Assembly: GCA_046757025.1 (NCBI GenBank)
Contig: JBHHXN010000138.1
Coordinates: 1 to 14,059 of the forward strand
Source: a bacterium
GTDB lineage: Bacteria; Zhuqueibacterota; Zhuqueibacteria; Oceanimicrobiales; Oceanimicrobiaceae
Length of the DNA stretch: 14,059 nt
Direction: 5' to 3'
Shown here: piece after piece, positions 5,439 to 14,059 of the stretch
How the letters are laid out: every line of letters begins with the position of its first letter
Numbering within the stretch: the stretch's first letter is position 1
The notes under the pieces: generated by a model
What the model was told of the DNA's origin: nothing
Databases searched by the model: none
The model's input: only the letters and a program-made list of their open reading frames with translations
Program-made: the position numbers and the translations under genes

Positions 5439-7642
5439 ATGAAAACCCTACGTTTTGTAATAACACTAGCTTGCGCCCTGATGCTAAGTGCAGCCCTCTT
5501 TGCAACTGGTGTAAATACGAGTTGGATTACCTTTACCCAGCCAGACGGCACAACGTTTATGGGCCGCACCGTTGGCGACGAATTCGAATCTTTTAGCGAA
5601 ACGCAAGATGGTTATCGCTTCGTAAGAAACTACGAAAACAAGTACTACTATTATGCTGTCCTTGCTAACCCCGGTGATTACACACCTTCAAGGTTTCGAG
5701 TCGGTATTGATAAGCCGGAAGGCATACCGAGACACCTGGAGCGCACCGCCGAAAGAAAGCGAGTACTGGCGGCCAAGCGAGCGCGCTTTGAAAGAGAACT
5801 AGATGTTGTACGTGCGGATACGCGCGCCATGGCAGCTTCGGTTACGTATACCTTAAAAGTGCTGCTGGTGGAATTTCAAGATGTAAAGCACCGCAATCCC
5901 AGCCAGGATGGTAAACCAGCATACACATTTCAGAATTTTGAAGATTTATTCTTTTCGTCCGGAACTTATACCAGTTCTTCACCCGATGGTGAGCAAGTTT
6001 TTGGCAGTATGCGAGATTATTATACTCAAATGTCTGCCGGTAACTTCACCTTGAGTGGCAATGTTTTGAACCGCGACGATGACAGTGACAATGTACCGGA
6101 CTGGTTGGTACTCGATTACAACAAATCGGCTTATACTGGCTCCCGAAATGTTCGTACTGACGCTCTGAACAAAGCCTCGGCAGCAGGTCTGAACACGAGC
6201 ACCAACAGCACAACGAAATTAGTCGTGGTCTATGCCGGCAACATTTGGTTGGCGGGGAGTTTGTGGCCTTCGGCAGGGAGTACCCAATATGTTACGTGTG
6301 AAAGATTTCACTGGAACGATAGGGGCACAGATCCCACCGATGCACCGTTCTCTCATATCGGTATTCATGCTCACGAATTTGGGCATTTATTAGGTTTCAC
6401 CGACTTATATACGACCATAAATGGAGCCTGATGAATGTGGGTAATTATAATGGACCTTCTGGTATAGGGGGACGCACAGGTTCAGCGCCAGCTCCACTTA
6501 ACCCGGAATTCCGGCGCCAACTCGGAGTTTCGACCCTGCCTATTAGCGGTTCACCGCAGACCACGCAGGCAGATTACAGTTTGCAAAACCCGGAAATATT
6601 TCAAATCGATGATCCGCATACTTCATTTTACTGGCTCATTGAGAATCGACATTTTCAGGACAACGATCTTAACAGTTACTTGCCTTCAGCATTTCCTAAC
6701 TACGTCAACGGTCAGGGACTTCTGGTTTGGCGAATGGATGCACTTGATGATGATTTCCCAGAACTAATTCCAGCCGACAACGATTTTCATCAGGTTCCAA
6801 ATGGCACAGCCAGTCAGGGTGACCACGGCGACTTCTTTCCCGGCGCAAACAATAATTTGCTATTTGCACCTACTACGATTCCGAGTTCGGCTCCAAGTGA
6901 TGATGATGTGGCGTTCGAAGTCAAATCGGATAATGGTACAAGCTTCACAGTTGATTTTTATAACTCAAACGCCCCTAATCCGCCACCTGACGCACCCAAA
7001 AATCTGGTCATAACCAACGTCGGTCAAAATGGAGAGAATCCGGTCCTGCAGTGGGACGCCAACACCGAACCAGACCTGGACAACTATAATATCTACCGCG
7101 GCTACAACGATCTTGAAACCGGTCAGATTATCTGGAATTCTGTGGCTACCGCCACCAATACCACCTGGACCGACTATGACGTGACCATCAACACAGCATC
7201 GCAAACCACCTTCAGATACAAGATCACTGCTGTCGATAACGCCAGCAACGAGTCCGATTACTCCAACACCGTCTCCAGAAAGGGTACCTGGGTGCCAAAA
7301 CAGGCTGTAGAATCATCAGAAGACCAGGCTCAAAATCTTCCGAAACAAATAACGCTGCACCAGAACTATCCCAATCCTTTCAACCCCGAAACAGAAATCC
7401 GTTTCGAATTGCCAGAAGATGCTCGCGTTGTGTTAAATATTTATAACATCTTAGGTGAAGAAGTGCGATCCCCAGTATCAGGTAACATGGAAATGGGTTT
7501 CCATTCAGTAAGCCGGGACGGGAAGGATAAAACGGGAAATGACTTGCCTTCGGGAATCTACATCTATAGATTCAGTGTGAAGCCGAGCAATATTGCAGGG
7601 AAACCATTTACGGCAGTTAAAAAGCTAACCCTTTTGTGTTAG
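5439..7642 (+). pseudogene. Secreted M6-family (immune inhibitor A-like) metalloprotease with FN3-like and FlgD/T9SS-type C-terminal domains, split by a frameshift into ORFs 5439-6431 and 6431-7642
   Basis: GGAGG SD at 5428-5432; signal peptide; QPDG...GDE...TQDGY propeptide-like motif; SMRDYY..MS.G; HEFGHLLGFTD (HExxHxxGxxD). The expected W-x-L-M Met-turn lies in the second ORF's frame (TGG AGC CTG ATG, 6422-6433). Downstream: LIENR, GLLVW, FPG, FN3-like LQWD...YNIYR...YKITAVD..NES..SN, and QNYPNPFNPET. Confidence 0.85.
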
Positions 7643-7725
7643 TTTTTTTAGTTGCTATTGTAGTCACACTTCATTTATGTTGAGTGGATGAGGGGTCTGG
7701 GAAAAAAAATATTAAGGAGAGTTTC

Positions 7726-8433
7726 GTGAATTCAATAGGTACTTTCAAACAGCAACTAAAGCGCTTTTCAACATTTCACCGCTCACGTAAGCCGATGGTT
7801 ATTCCGGCGTTAAAATACAACTGGCTTAGCTCTTTTTACGATTTCATTATGCAAAAGCTGATGAAGGAGAATAAATTCAAGCAGCAGCTCATTGACCAGT
7901 CCAGGATTGAGCACGGTTATCGGGTTCTGGATTTAGGCTGCGGCACCGCCACCCTGACCATGATGATAAAAACGCTGCACCCGGAAGCGGAAGTGGTGGG
8001 ATTAGATGGGGATGCCAAAATTCTAAAAATTGCTCGTAAAAAAATCCAGCAGTCGGAGTTGGACATTGAGCTTAAGCAAGGCCTGGCCTTCGAAATGGAT
8101 TTTGAGGATAGGTCTTTTGACCGGGTTTTGTCGAGTTTGCTTTTTCATCATTTAACTCCCCGACGCAAACGAAAAGCCTTGAAGGAGGTCTATCGCGTGT
8201 TGAAGCCCGGCGCCGAGCTGCACATTGCTGATTGGGGTAAGCCGCAAAATGCCCTGATGCGCAGCGCTTTCTTCTTGGTACAGTTACTCGATGGCTTTGC
8301 CACCACCACTGAAAATGTGCAGGGGAAATTGCCTTTTCTTTTAAAGCAGGTTGGTTTTCAAAATGTCGCCGAAAAAAAGAAGATCAACACTGTTTTTGGA
8401 AGTCTGAGTTTTTATTGCGGATTACGAATTTGA
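7726..8433 (+). CDS. Class I SAM-dependent methyltransferase (UbiE/Methyltransf_11-like)
   Basis: VLDLGCGTA motif I, VVGLD, SFDRV.SSL.FHHL, RVLKPG. Start placed at GTG 7726 after AAGGAGA; ATG 7795 is an alternative. Confidence 0.9.
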   Translation: MNSIGTFKQQLKRFSTFHRSRKPMVIPALKYNWLSSFYDFIMQKLMKENKFKQQLIDQSRIEHGYRVLDLGCGTATLTMMIKTLHPEAEVVGLDGDAKILKIARKKIQQSELDIELKQGLAFEMDFEDRSFDRVLSSLLFHHLTPRRKRKALKEVYRVLKPGAELHIADWGKPQNALMRSAFFLVQLLDGFATTTENVQGKLPFLLKQVGFQNVAEKKKINTVFGSLSFYCGLRI

Positions 8434-8574
8434 TGAAGAATTACGCATGGTTTTGCCGAGGGTCTTTTATAAAAAAGGCAGGTGATTAAGAACCAATAAA
8501 TTGAATGGACCATTGCGTTCAGAATTTGAGATTTTAAAAAGACGATTCAAATATTATTAATTGGGAATAATAAA

Positions 8575-9063
8575 ATGAAATGCCAAAACTGTCATAACAC
8601 GGTAACACGAAAAACCAAATATTGTCCACAATGTGGTGAACCAGTTGTTGCGAGGACTTCTGCGCGAGAAGCGCCTCCAAAAGCAAAACTCCCACTGGGG
8701 CATGCTCTGGGTTTGGTTGGACTGGGGATCATTTTAGGCTACGCCATTTTACAGTTTAGCTCGAATTCTTCCAGTCCGACTAATCAACCTGTGGTCAATT
8801 TTCAAAATACAGCAGCGGAATTAAACACCGTCGTTCTGGATATTGCCAAAGAGTTTATGTGTCCCTGCGGAACCTGCAGTGATCCTTTGGACACCTGTAC
8901 CTGCGATCACGAGAATGGCGCTCTGAAGGTCAAAGGTTTCATCGCGCAGCAAGTGCGCGCGGGCCATAAAAAACCGCATATTGTTGAAATGGTGCAGACA
9001 AAATATGGTGGCTTAAAGAAAGAAGCCAAAATACAGTTCAAACTTGAACCGCCAGTCAAGTAA
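8575..9063 (+). CDS. Membrane protein: N-terminal Zn-ribbon, one TM helix, CcmH/NrfF-like Cys-rich domain
   Basis: CQNC...YCPQCG zinc ribbon; TM LGLVGLGIILGYAILQF; FMCPCGTC..PLDTCTCDH...I.QQVRAG....IV.....KYG resembles the CcmH helical domain. Confidence 0.75.
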   Translation: MKCQNCHNTVTRKTKYCPQCGEPVVARTSAREAPPKAKLPLGHALGLVGLGIILGYAILQFSSNSSSPTNQPVVNFQNTAAELNTVVLDIAKEFMCPCGTCSDPLDTCTCDHENGALKVKGFIAQQVRAGHKKPHIVEMVQTKYGGLKKEAKIQFKLEPPVK

Positions 9064-9074
9064 GATATTCTAAT

Positions 9075-11108
9075 ATGTATCCAGCCGAAGAATTCTCTTT
9101 TCCGAAAAAATGGGGTACCTTTCGTCCCAAATTTATCATTGCCCTGGTAGCCATTCTGACATTCTTAGGCGTGGTAGTTGGATATTTCGAAATAAGCCAA
9201 AGCCGCAAGGGGATTATGAACCTGCTGCGCGAAGAAGCACAAACTGTAACCGAAGCGCTGGCCATTAGCGCTGAAAATGCGGTGCAGTCTTATGCTGAGG
9301 TGGAATCGCTTATAGAATCCCAATTATTCAAATTAGGACAAGTGGTGATTCAATTACAAAAAGAAAAAGCGCTAACTCAAAAGCGATTTGAAAAAATCAT
9401 GACGCAAAGCGGTGTGGCGAAAGCTTTTTGTGTAAACTCGAAAATGAATCTGCAAGACTATGTATTTCCTGCCGACGCCATGGCGCATTTTGCACCCGAA
9501 AGTGTGGTGCAATTTCTAACGCCTTTATTCAAAGATACTGTAAATAGTACAAGCGGCCTGGTGGAAGATTGGGATGGGAAAATCCATTACGCAGTTGGAG
9601 TTAAATATACAACAGACACAGCCTGGGTTTTATGCGCTGCTCCAAATCTCTTATTGGATTATCGAAAGCGAGCCGGGATTGGGCGATTAATTCAAAATCT
9701 CGGTGAAAATGAAGAAATCGCCTATATTGTTTTACAGGATGATGAGGGGCTTATTTCGGCTACGAAAAATATTACTTCTATTTCGAGCCTTGCCAGCGAT
9801 TCGTTGTTGCAGCAAGTGTTTTTAAATAGCCGCTCTTTCTCAAGAATACAGGATTTTGAAGGTGAAGAAGTGTTTGAAGTCGCCAGACCTTTTACCATAA
9901 ATGGTGAGATTTTTGGATTAATTCGTGTCGCCCTGAAAATGGATGTGGCAAACCAGGCTGTCACCCGAACCATTCAACGAGCCGTCGTCATTATATTAGG
10001 ATTCATCGTGCTTGGTGTTATTTTATTTAATTTTCTCATGACGTATCAAAATTACAATCTGCTCACAGAAGCCTATTCCAAAATTCAAACCTATACGGGC
10101 AATATTTTGGAAAACATGGCAGATGCAGTGGTTGCAGTGAACCGGAGTGGTCGTATCACTTTGTTTAATCGTGCAGCGGAAAAATTATTTGGCCGGACCT
10201 CAAAGAATGTAATTGGACATTCTTGTCAGGATATTATTGGTGAACAAACATCGCTATTGGATCGAACTTTGTCAACCGGACAGGAAGTGCGAGATCAAGA
10301 GGTGGAGTACCAACTCGAAAATGACCAGGCAACTTTATCCGTCACCACCAACCTGTTGCGCGATCATCAGGATGAAATTGACTCTGCTGTGGCAGTTATA
10401 AAAGATTTAACTGAGAAAAAAGCCTGGGAGCAACGACTGCGCCGACAGGAAAAGCTCACCGCCATGGGAGAGCTGGCTTCCGGCGTTGCGCATGAAATCC
10501 GCAACCCGCTAAACGCCATCAGCATTATCGCGCAGCGTTTTGGATGGGAATTCAAACCCACTGAAAACGAACAGGAATACCGCGATCTCGCCAACTCCAT
10601 CGTCTCGGAAACGCAGCGAGTTAGCAGCATCATCGAACGCTTTTTGGAGTTTGCCCGTCCGCCTGTGCTGAACCTGCAGCGACATGATTTGCCTGAAGTG
10701 CTGAGAAATGTTTTCACTGTGGTGGAAAGCGAGGCCAAAGAGCAGGGGGTCGCTCTGAAATTAGACGGGTCTGAAAGCGTGGAGCTGAAACTCGACCGCA
10801 ATCAGATGCAGCAAGTGTTTCTGAATCTGTTGCAAAACAGTTTGCAGGCAACCCCGGCCGGCGGTACGATTGAGGTCAAGATTAGCCGGGACGGTGCGGA
10901 CGCCATGGTTGAAGTGCGCGACACGGGCAAGGGCATTCCCCCTGAACATTTGAACCGCATCTTCGACCTCTATTTTACCACCAAAGAAAATGGCACGGGT
11001 ATGGGGCTGAGCATTTGCCACCGCATCGTAACCGAGCATGCCGGCCGAATCGAGGTGAGCAGCGAAGAGGGCAAAGGCACGACGTTCAAAATATACCTGC
11101 CGGTATGA
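9075..11108 (+). CDS. Membrane sensor histidine kinase with PAS domain (ZraS/AtoS/NtrB-like)
   Basis: Two TM helices flanking a large extracytoplasmic region; PAS (ILENMADAVVAVN..G.ITLFN.AAE.LFG); H-box AHEIRNPL; N-box NLLQNS; DTGKGI; FTTK..GTGMGL. Confidence 0.95.
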   Translation: MYPAEEFSFPKKWGTFRPKFIIALVAILTFLGVVVGYFEISQSRKGIMNLLREEAQTVTEALAISAENAVQSYAEVESLIESQLFKLGQVVIQLQKEKALTQKRFEKIMTQSGVAKAFCVNSKMNLQDYVFPADAMAHFAPESVVQFLTPLFKDTVNSTSGLVEDWDGKIHYAVGVKYTTDTAWVLCAAPNLLLDYRKRAGIGRLIQNLGENEEIAYIVLQDDEGLISATKNITSISSLASDSLLQQVFLNSRSFSRIQDFEGEEVFEVARPFTINGEIFGLIRVALKMDVANQAVTRTIQRAVVIILGFIVLGVILFNFLMTYQNYNLLTEAYSKIQTYTGNILENMADAVVAVNRSGRITLFNRAAEKLFGRTSKNVIGHSCQDIIGEQTSLLDRTLSTGQEVRDQEVEYQLENDQATLSVTTNLLRDHQDEIDSAVAVIKDLTEKKAWEQRLRRQEKLTAMGELASGVAHEIRNPLNAISIIAQRFGWEFKPTENEQEYRDLANSIVSETQRVSSIIERFLEFARPPVLNLQRHDLPEVLRNVFTVVESEAKEQGVALKLDGSESVELKLDRNQMQQVFLNLLQNSLQATPAGGTIEVKISRDGADAMVEVRDTGKGIPPEHLNRIFDLYFTTKENGTGMGLSICHRIVTEHAGRIEVSSEEGKGTTFKIYLPV

Positions 11109-11186
11109 GATCATCTAACCGGGCTGGTTCGGCCGCCGCAGCATGAATTTGTACCGCACATTTGACTAAAAAGAAACTGATTGGAA

Positions 11187-12539
11187 ATGATCGATTACTG
11201 TATTTTAATCGTTGATGATGAACCGACACAGGTCAAGGCGCTGGCCGGTTTCCTCAAAAAACAGGGCTATCCTGTGGAGGAAACCACATCGGCTGCAGAG
11301 GCCCTGAAAAGGGTGAGAAACTCGCCCATCGACCTGGTGCTGACCGATTTCAAAATGCCGGAGAAAAACGGGTTGGAGGTTTTGCGAGACGTGAAGTCAA
11401 TCAATCCGGAAGTGGATGTGGTGCTGATGACGGCTTACGGCAGCATCGAGTCGGCCAAACAAGCCCTGAAAGCCGGCGCTATCGATTATCTCACCAAACC
11501 CATTGAGCTTGTACAGTTGGAGCTAGTGATACAGAAAGCCCGTGAGCGCAAACAGCTTATCTCAGAAAACCAGCGTTTGCGCGAGCAACTGACTGAAAAG
11601 AATGGATTCAAGGGCATCATCAGTCAAAGTCCGGAGATGGAGGAGGTACTTAATCGCGCGGCACGCGTGGCTGCAAGCAAAGCCACGGTACTCATCCGCG
11701 GGGAAAGCGGTACGGGTAAAGAGCAAATTGCCCGCGCCATTCACGCCGCCAGTCCGCGAAATGCCAGTCCGTTCGTGGCGGTCAATTGTGCCGCTCTTTC
11801 CGAAGGCGTGTTGGAAAGCGAGTTGTTCGGCCACGAGAAGGGCGCTTTCACTGGTGCGGTTCGCCAGGTCAAGGGTCGGTTCGAGCGCGCCCACGGTGGC
11901 ACCCTGTTCATCGATGAGGTCGGGGATTTGCCGCCGTCGGTGCAGGTGAAGCTGCTGCGCGCCATTCAGGAGCAGGCGTTTGAACGGGTTGGCGGCTCGG
12001 AAACCATTCAGGTGGACACGCGTATCGTTGCGGCCACCAATCGCGACCTGGAGAAGCTGATTAATGAGGGACGGTTTCGGGAAGATCTCTACTATCGGCT
12101 CAATGTGGTGACGATTGTCATCCCACCGCTGCGCGCCCGTCGTCGTGACATCCAACCACTGGTGGAACATTTTCTGAAAAAATTCGCCGAGGAGAACGGC
12201 AAGCGCGTGCGGGAAGTTTCAAAGGAAGCCCTGGATTTGCTGATGAAGTACGATTATCCCGGCAACGTGCGGGAGCTGGAGAATATGATCGAACAGGCAG
12301 TGGTACTGACCCGCGGCGAGGTCATCACCAGCGCTGATTTGCCGTGGTCAGTACAGGGCCTGAAAAGCGAGGACGAGCTGGCGTCCGCGACCCTATATGA
12401 GAAAGTTGCGGTTTTTGAGCAGAAGTTGATCCGCGATGCCTTGGAAAAGGCTGGCGGAGTTCAGACCCGGGCCGCTGAGCAGCTCGGTCTGAGCGAACGC
12501 AACTTGCGCTACAAGATGAAAAAACACCGAATGAAATGA
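11187..12539 (+). CDS. Sigma54-dependent response regulator (NtrC/ZraR/AtoC family)
   Basis: Receiver domain (VDDE, TDFKMP, MTAYG, TKP); AAA+ Walker A GESGTGKE, GAFTGA, Walker B FIDEV; C-terminal Fis-type HTH. Start is ATG 11187 or TTG 11181. Confidence 0.96.
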   Translation: MIDYCILIVDDEPTQVKALAGFLKKQGYPVEETTSAAEALKRVRNSPIDLVLTDFKMPEKNGLEVLRDVKSINPEVDVVLMTAYGSIESAKQALKAGAIDYLTKPIELVQLELVIQKARERKQLISENQRLREQLTEKNGFKGIISQSPEMEEVLNRAARVAASKATVLIRGESGTGKEQIARAIHAASPRNASPFVAVNCAALSEGVLESELFGHEKGAFTGAVRQVKGRFERAHGGTLFIDEVGDLPPSVQVKLLRAIQEQAFERVGGSETIQVDTRIVAATNRDLEKLINEGRFREDLYYRLNVVTIVIPPLRARRRDIQPLVEHFLKKFAEENGKRVREVSKEALDLLMKYDYPGNVRELENMIEQAVVLTRGEVITSADLPWSVQGLKSEDELASATLYEKVAVFEQKLIRDALEKAGGVQTRAAEQLGLSERNLRYKMKKHRMK

Positions 12540-12896
12540 AGTAAACACACCGTTACAAACTGAGTGGGATCGTGCTAAGGTGAGATGATCCAACGTGGTT
12601 TGCAACCTTGTTTAGTTATGACGACAAGTTAGAAACTCAACCACTGCCCAGGGAATGCTGGCCGGATTCCTGGAACACTCAGTTATAAGCTGTGTGGGAT
12701 CTTTTGCCAGCGGGCGGGGTTCAACAGACCAATTGCCTGACGTAGTCAAGGATATGTTAAACTTTTAGCTCTCCGCAGACAGTTATTCATCTCGGTTCAG
12801 AACCTGGTGCCCCTATCCCCAAACCACCTATAGACTTAGATAGAAACATCCCTCTTCGGTAAACTGTTTAGAGTGCCACGGCACTTGACATTTTAC

Positions 12897-12940
12897 TTGA
12901 CTTTTTGAGTCATGTATTGTATATTCAATTCATCAATTGA
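12897..12940 (+). promoter_or_regulatory. Sigma70-like promoter with overlapping inverted repeat (putative ArsR auto-operator)
   Basis: TTGACT (12897-12902), 17 bp, TATATT (12920-12925); TCAATT-catc-AATTGA (12925-12940) covers the predicted start site. Confidence 0.6.
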
Positions 12941-12970
12941 GAAATGTATTTATAGAATAAGGTTTCTGAT

Positions 12971-13633
12971 ATGACCGGACGTGAATTCAAAGATGTAGTC
13001 TTTGAGCAGTTTGCCAGGATAGCCCACGCTTTTTCAAGCCCCAAGCGGCTGGAAATCATCGACATTCTCGCTCAGGGCGAAAGGGATGTGGACTCATTAT
13101 CCCGACAGGTGACTATGACTGTTGCCAACACCTCGCGCCATTTACAAGCCCTGAAAGCGGCAAGACTCGTAGAGACCCGCAAAAAGGGGGTGCAAGTGAT
13201 CTACCGGCTTGCCGGCGCTGAGGTCATGGATTGTTTTAAACATCTGCAGTACTTGGCTGAGAAGCGCAGCACGGAAATCCGGGAAGTGGTCCGCCTTTTC
13301 TTTGAAGAACGCGACGGTCTGAAACCCATCTCTAAAGAAGAGCTTTCAAAACGCATCCGGCATAAGAATGTGATCATTCTGGATGTGCGGCCTGTGGAAG
13401 AATACCAAAAAGGCCACATTACAGGGGCGCTGTCTGTGCCGCTCTCGCAGCTTCAAAAAAGGCTGGATGAGATTCCTCAAAACTGCGAGGTCGTCGCATA
13501 CTGTCGCGGTCCGTACTGCGTTCTTTCTGCCGAAGCCATGAAGATCTTGAGAAGCGCCGGGTATAAGGCCATCCGTTTGAAAGAAGGTTTGCCGGAATGG
13601 AAAGGGGCGGGACTCCCAGTGGAAGCAGCTTGA
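12971..13633 (+). CDS. ArsR/SmtB-family transcriptional regulator fused to a rhodanese domain
   Basis: ArsR wHTH (SPKRLEIIDIL.QGER.V..L...ANTSRHL..LK.A.LV..RK.G..V.Y.L); rhodanese (ILDVRP.EEY..GHI.GA.S.P, YCRGPYC, L..G..EW...GLPVE). Confidence 0.95.
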   Translation: MTGREFKDVVFEQFARIAHAFSSPKRLEIIDILAQGERDVDSLSRQVTMTVANTSRHLQALKAARLVETRKKGVQVIYRLAGAEVMDCFKHLQYLAEKRSTEIREVVRLFFEERDGLKPISKEELSKRIRHKNVIILDVRPVEEYQKGHITGALSVPLSQLQKRLDEIPQNCEVVAYCRGPYCVLSAEAMKILRSAGYKAIRLKEGLPEWKGAGLPVEAA

Positions 13634-13938
13634 GGCATACTCTACCGCTAAAAGTTTGAAAAGGCGGTTTCAAAAAGTTATTCGGGATGCGTTACAACGC
13701 TGCCTTTGTCTGGAAGGTATCGGAGCTCGACCACAGATTTCGACTGGACGTTGGCATGGCTCCATACCCGGGCACTCCAGGATGGGCTAGATCCAGCGAG
13801 TCTCACAGCGTTAAGGACGGAAGCCATTGCGGCGATGGAGAATGCAAAAGACCTCACCGATCAGTAGGCGGTCAGCTATTTCCAGGCAACAGAGCGTGCA
13901 ATCGAGAATAAAAGTATTTACGATAAAAAGTAGGTTTG

Positions 13939-14059
13939 ATGAAACAGTCAATTGACACTATAAATGAAGGAAACCGGGCGCTTCAGGCTAAATATAATGT
14001 TACAGCCTGGTTTTATGACATTTTGGATTATCCTTGGGAAAGGCTGTATAGACGTTGGA
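13939..14059 (+). CDS. 5' part of a probable class I SAM methyltransferase, truncated by the window end
   Basis: Open frame MKQSIDTINEGNRALQAKYNVTAWFYDILDYPWERLYRRW...; the Y..xA.xYD pattern is typical of UbiE/PmtA-like methyltransferase N-termini. The SAM motif is not inside the window. Confidence 0.55.
   Translation, partial: MKQSIDTINEGNRALQAKYNVTAWFYDILDYPWERLYRRW

Noticed and set aside
10367..12170. Long antisense or alternate-frame ORFs (10367-10801, 11562-12170, 11602-11949)
   Set aside because: They overlap well-conserved kinase and regulator domains in GC-rich sequence.
12540..12870. 330-bp gap with a CCAGGGAAT/ATTCCTGG hairpin and short ORFs
   Set aside because: No U-tail, no recognisable motif or SD; not enough evidence for any call.

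Overview
A 14-kb bacterial accessory region. Two secreted proteins end in 'QNxPNPFNPET...' FlgD-Ig/T9SS-A-type C-terminal domains, which suggests an FCB-group host such as KSB1/Calditrichota (inference). Left to right: (i) a small putative metal-handling cluster: Cys/Met-rich secreted leader-like ORF, His-rich YHS lipoprotein, 8-Cys lipoprotein; (ii) a secreted Ig-like + 7x FG-GAP protein; (iii) a candidate ~145-nt minus-strand sRNA with its own promoter and terminator; (iv) a complete 1,870-bp IS6-like element (3545-5414) with 16-bp imperfect TIRs and an 8-bp TSD (TGTCAAAA). Its ~493-aa double-Zn-ribbon DDE transposase is broken by a -1 frameshift and an amber codon, and it carries a structured non-coding segment downstream of the transposase; (v) an M6 (InhA-like) metalloprotease gene frameshifted between the Zn motif and the Met-turn, with the IS sitting just upstream of its RBS; (vi) a class I SAM methyltransferase; (vii) a Zn-ribbon/CcmH-like membrane protein, PAS histidine kinase and sigma54 response regulator; (viii) an ArsR-rhodanese regulator with promoter/operator, then the start of a probable second methyltransferase. 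All family calls come from motif recognition by eye; no searches or folding programs were run.
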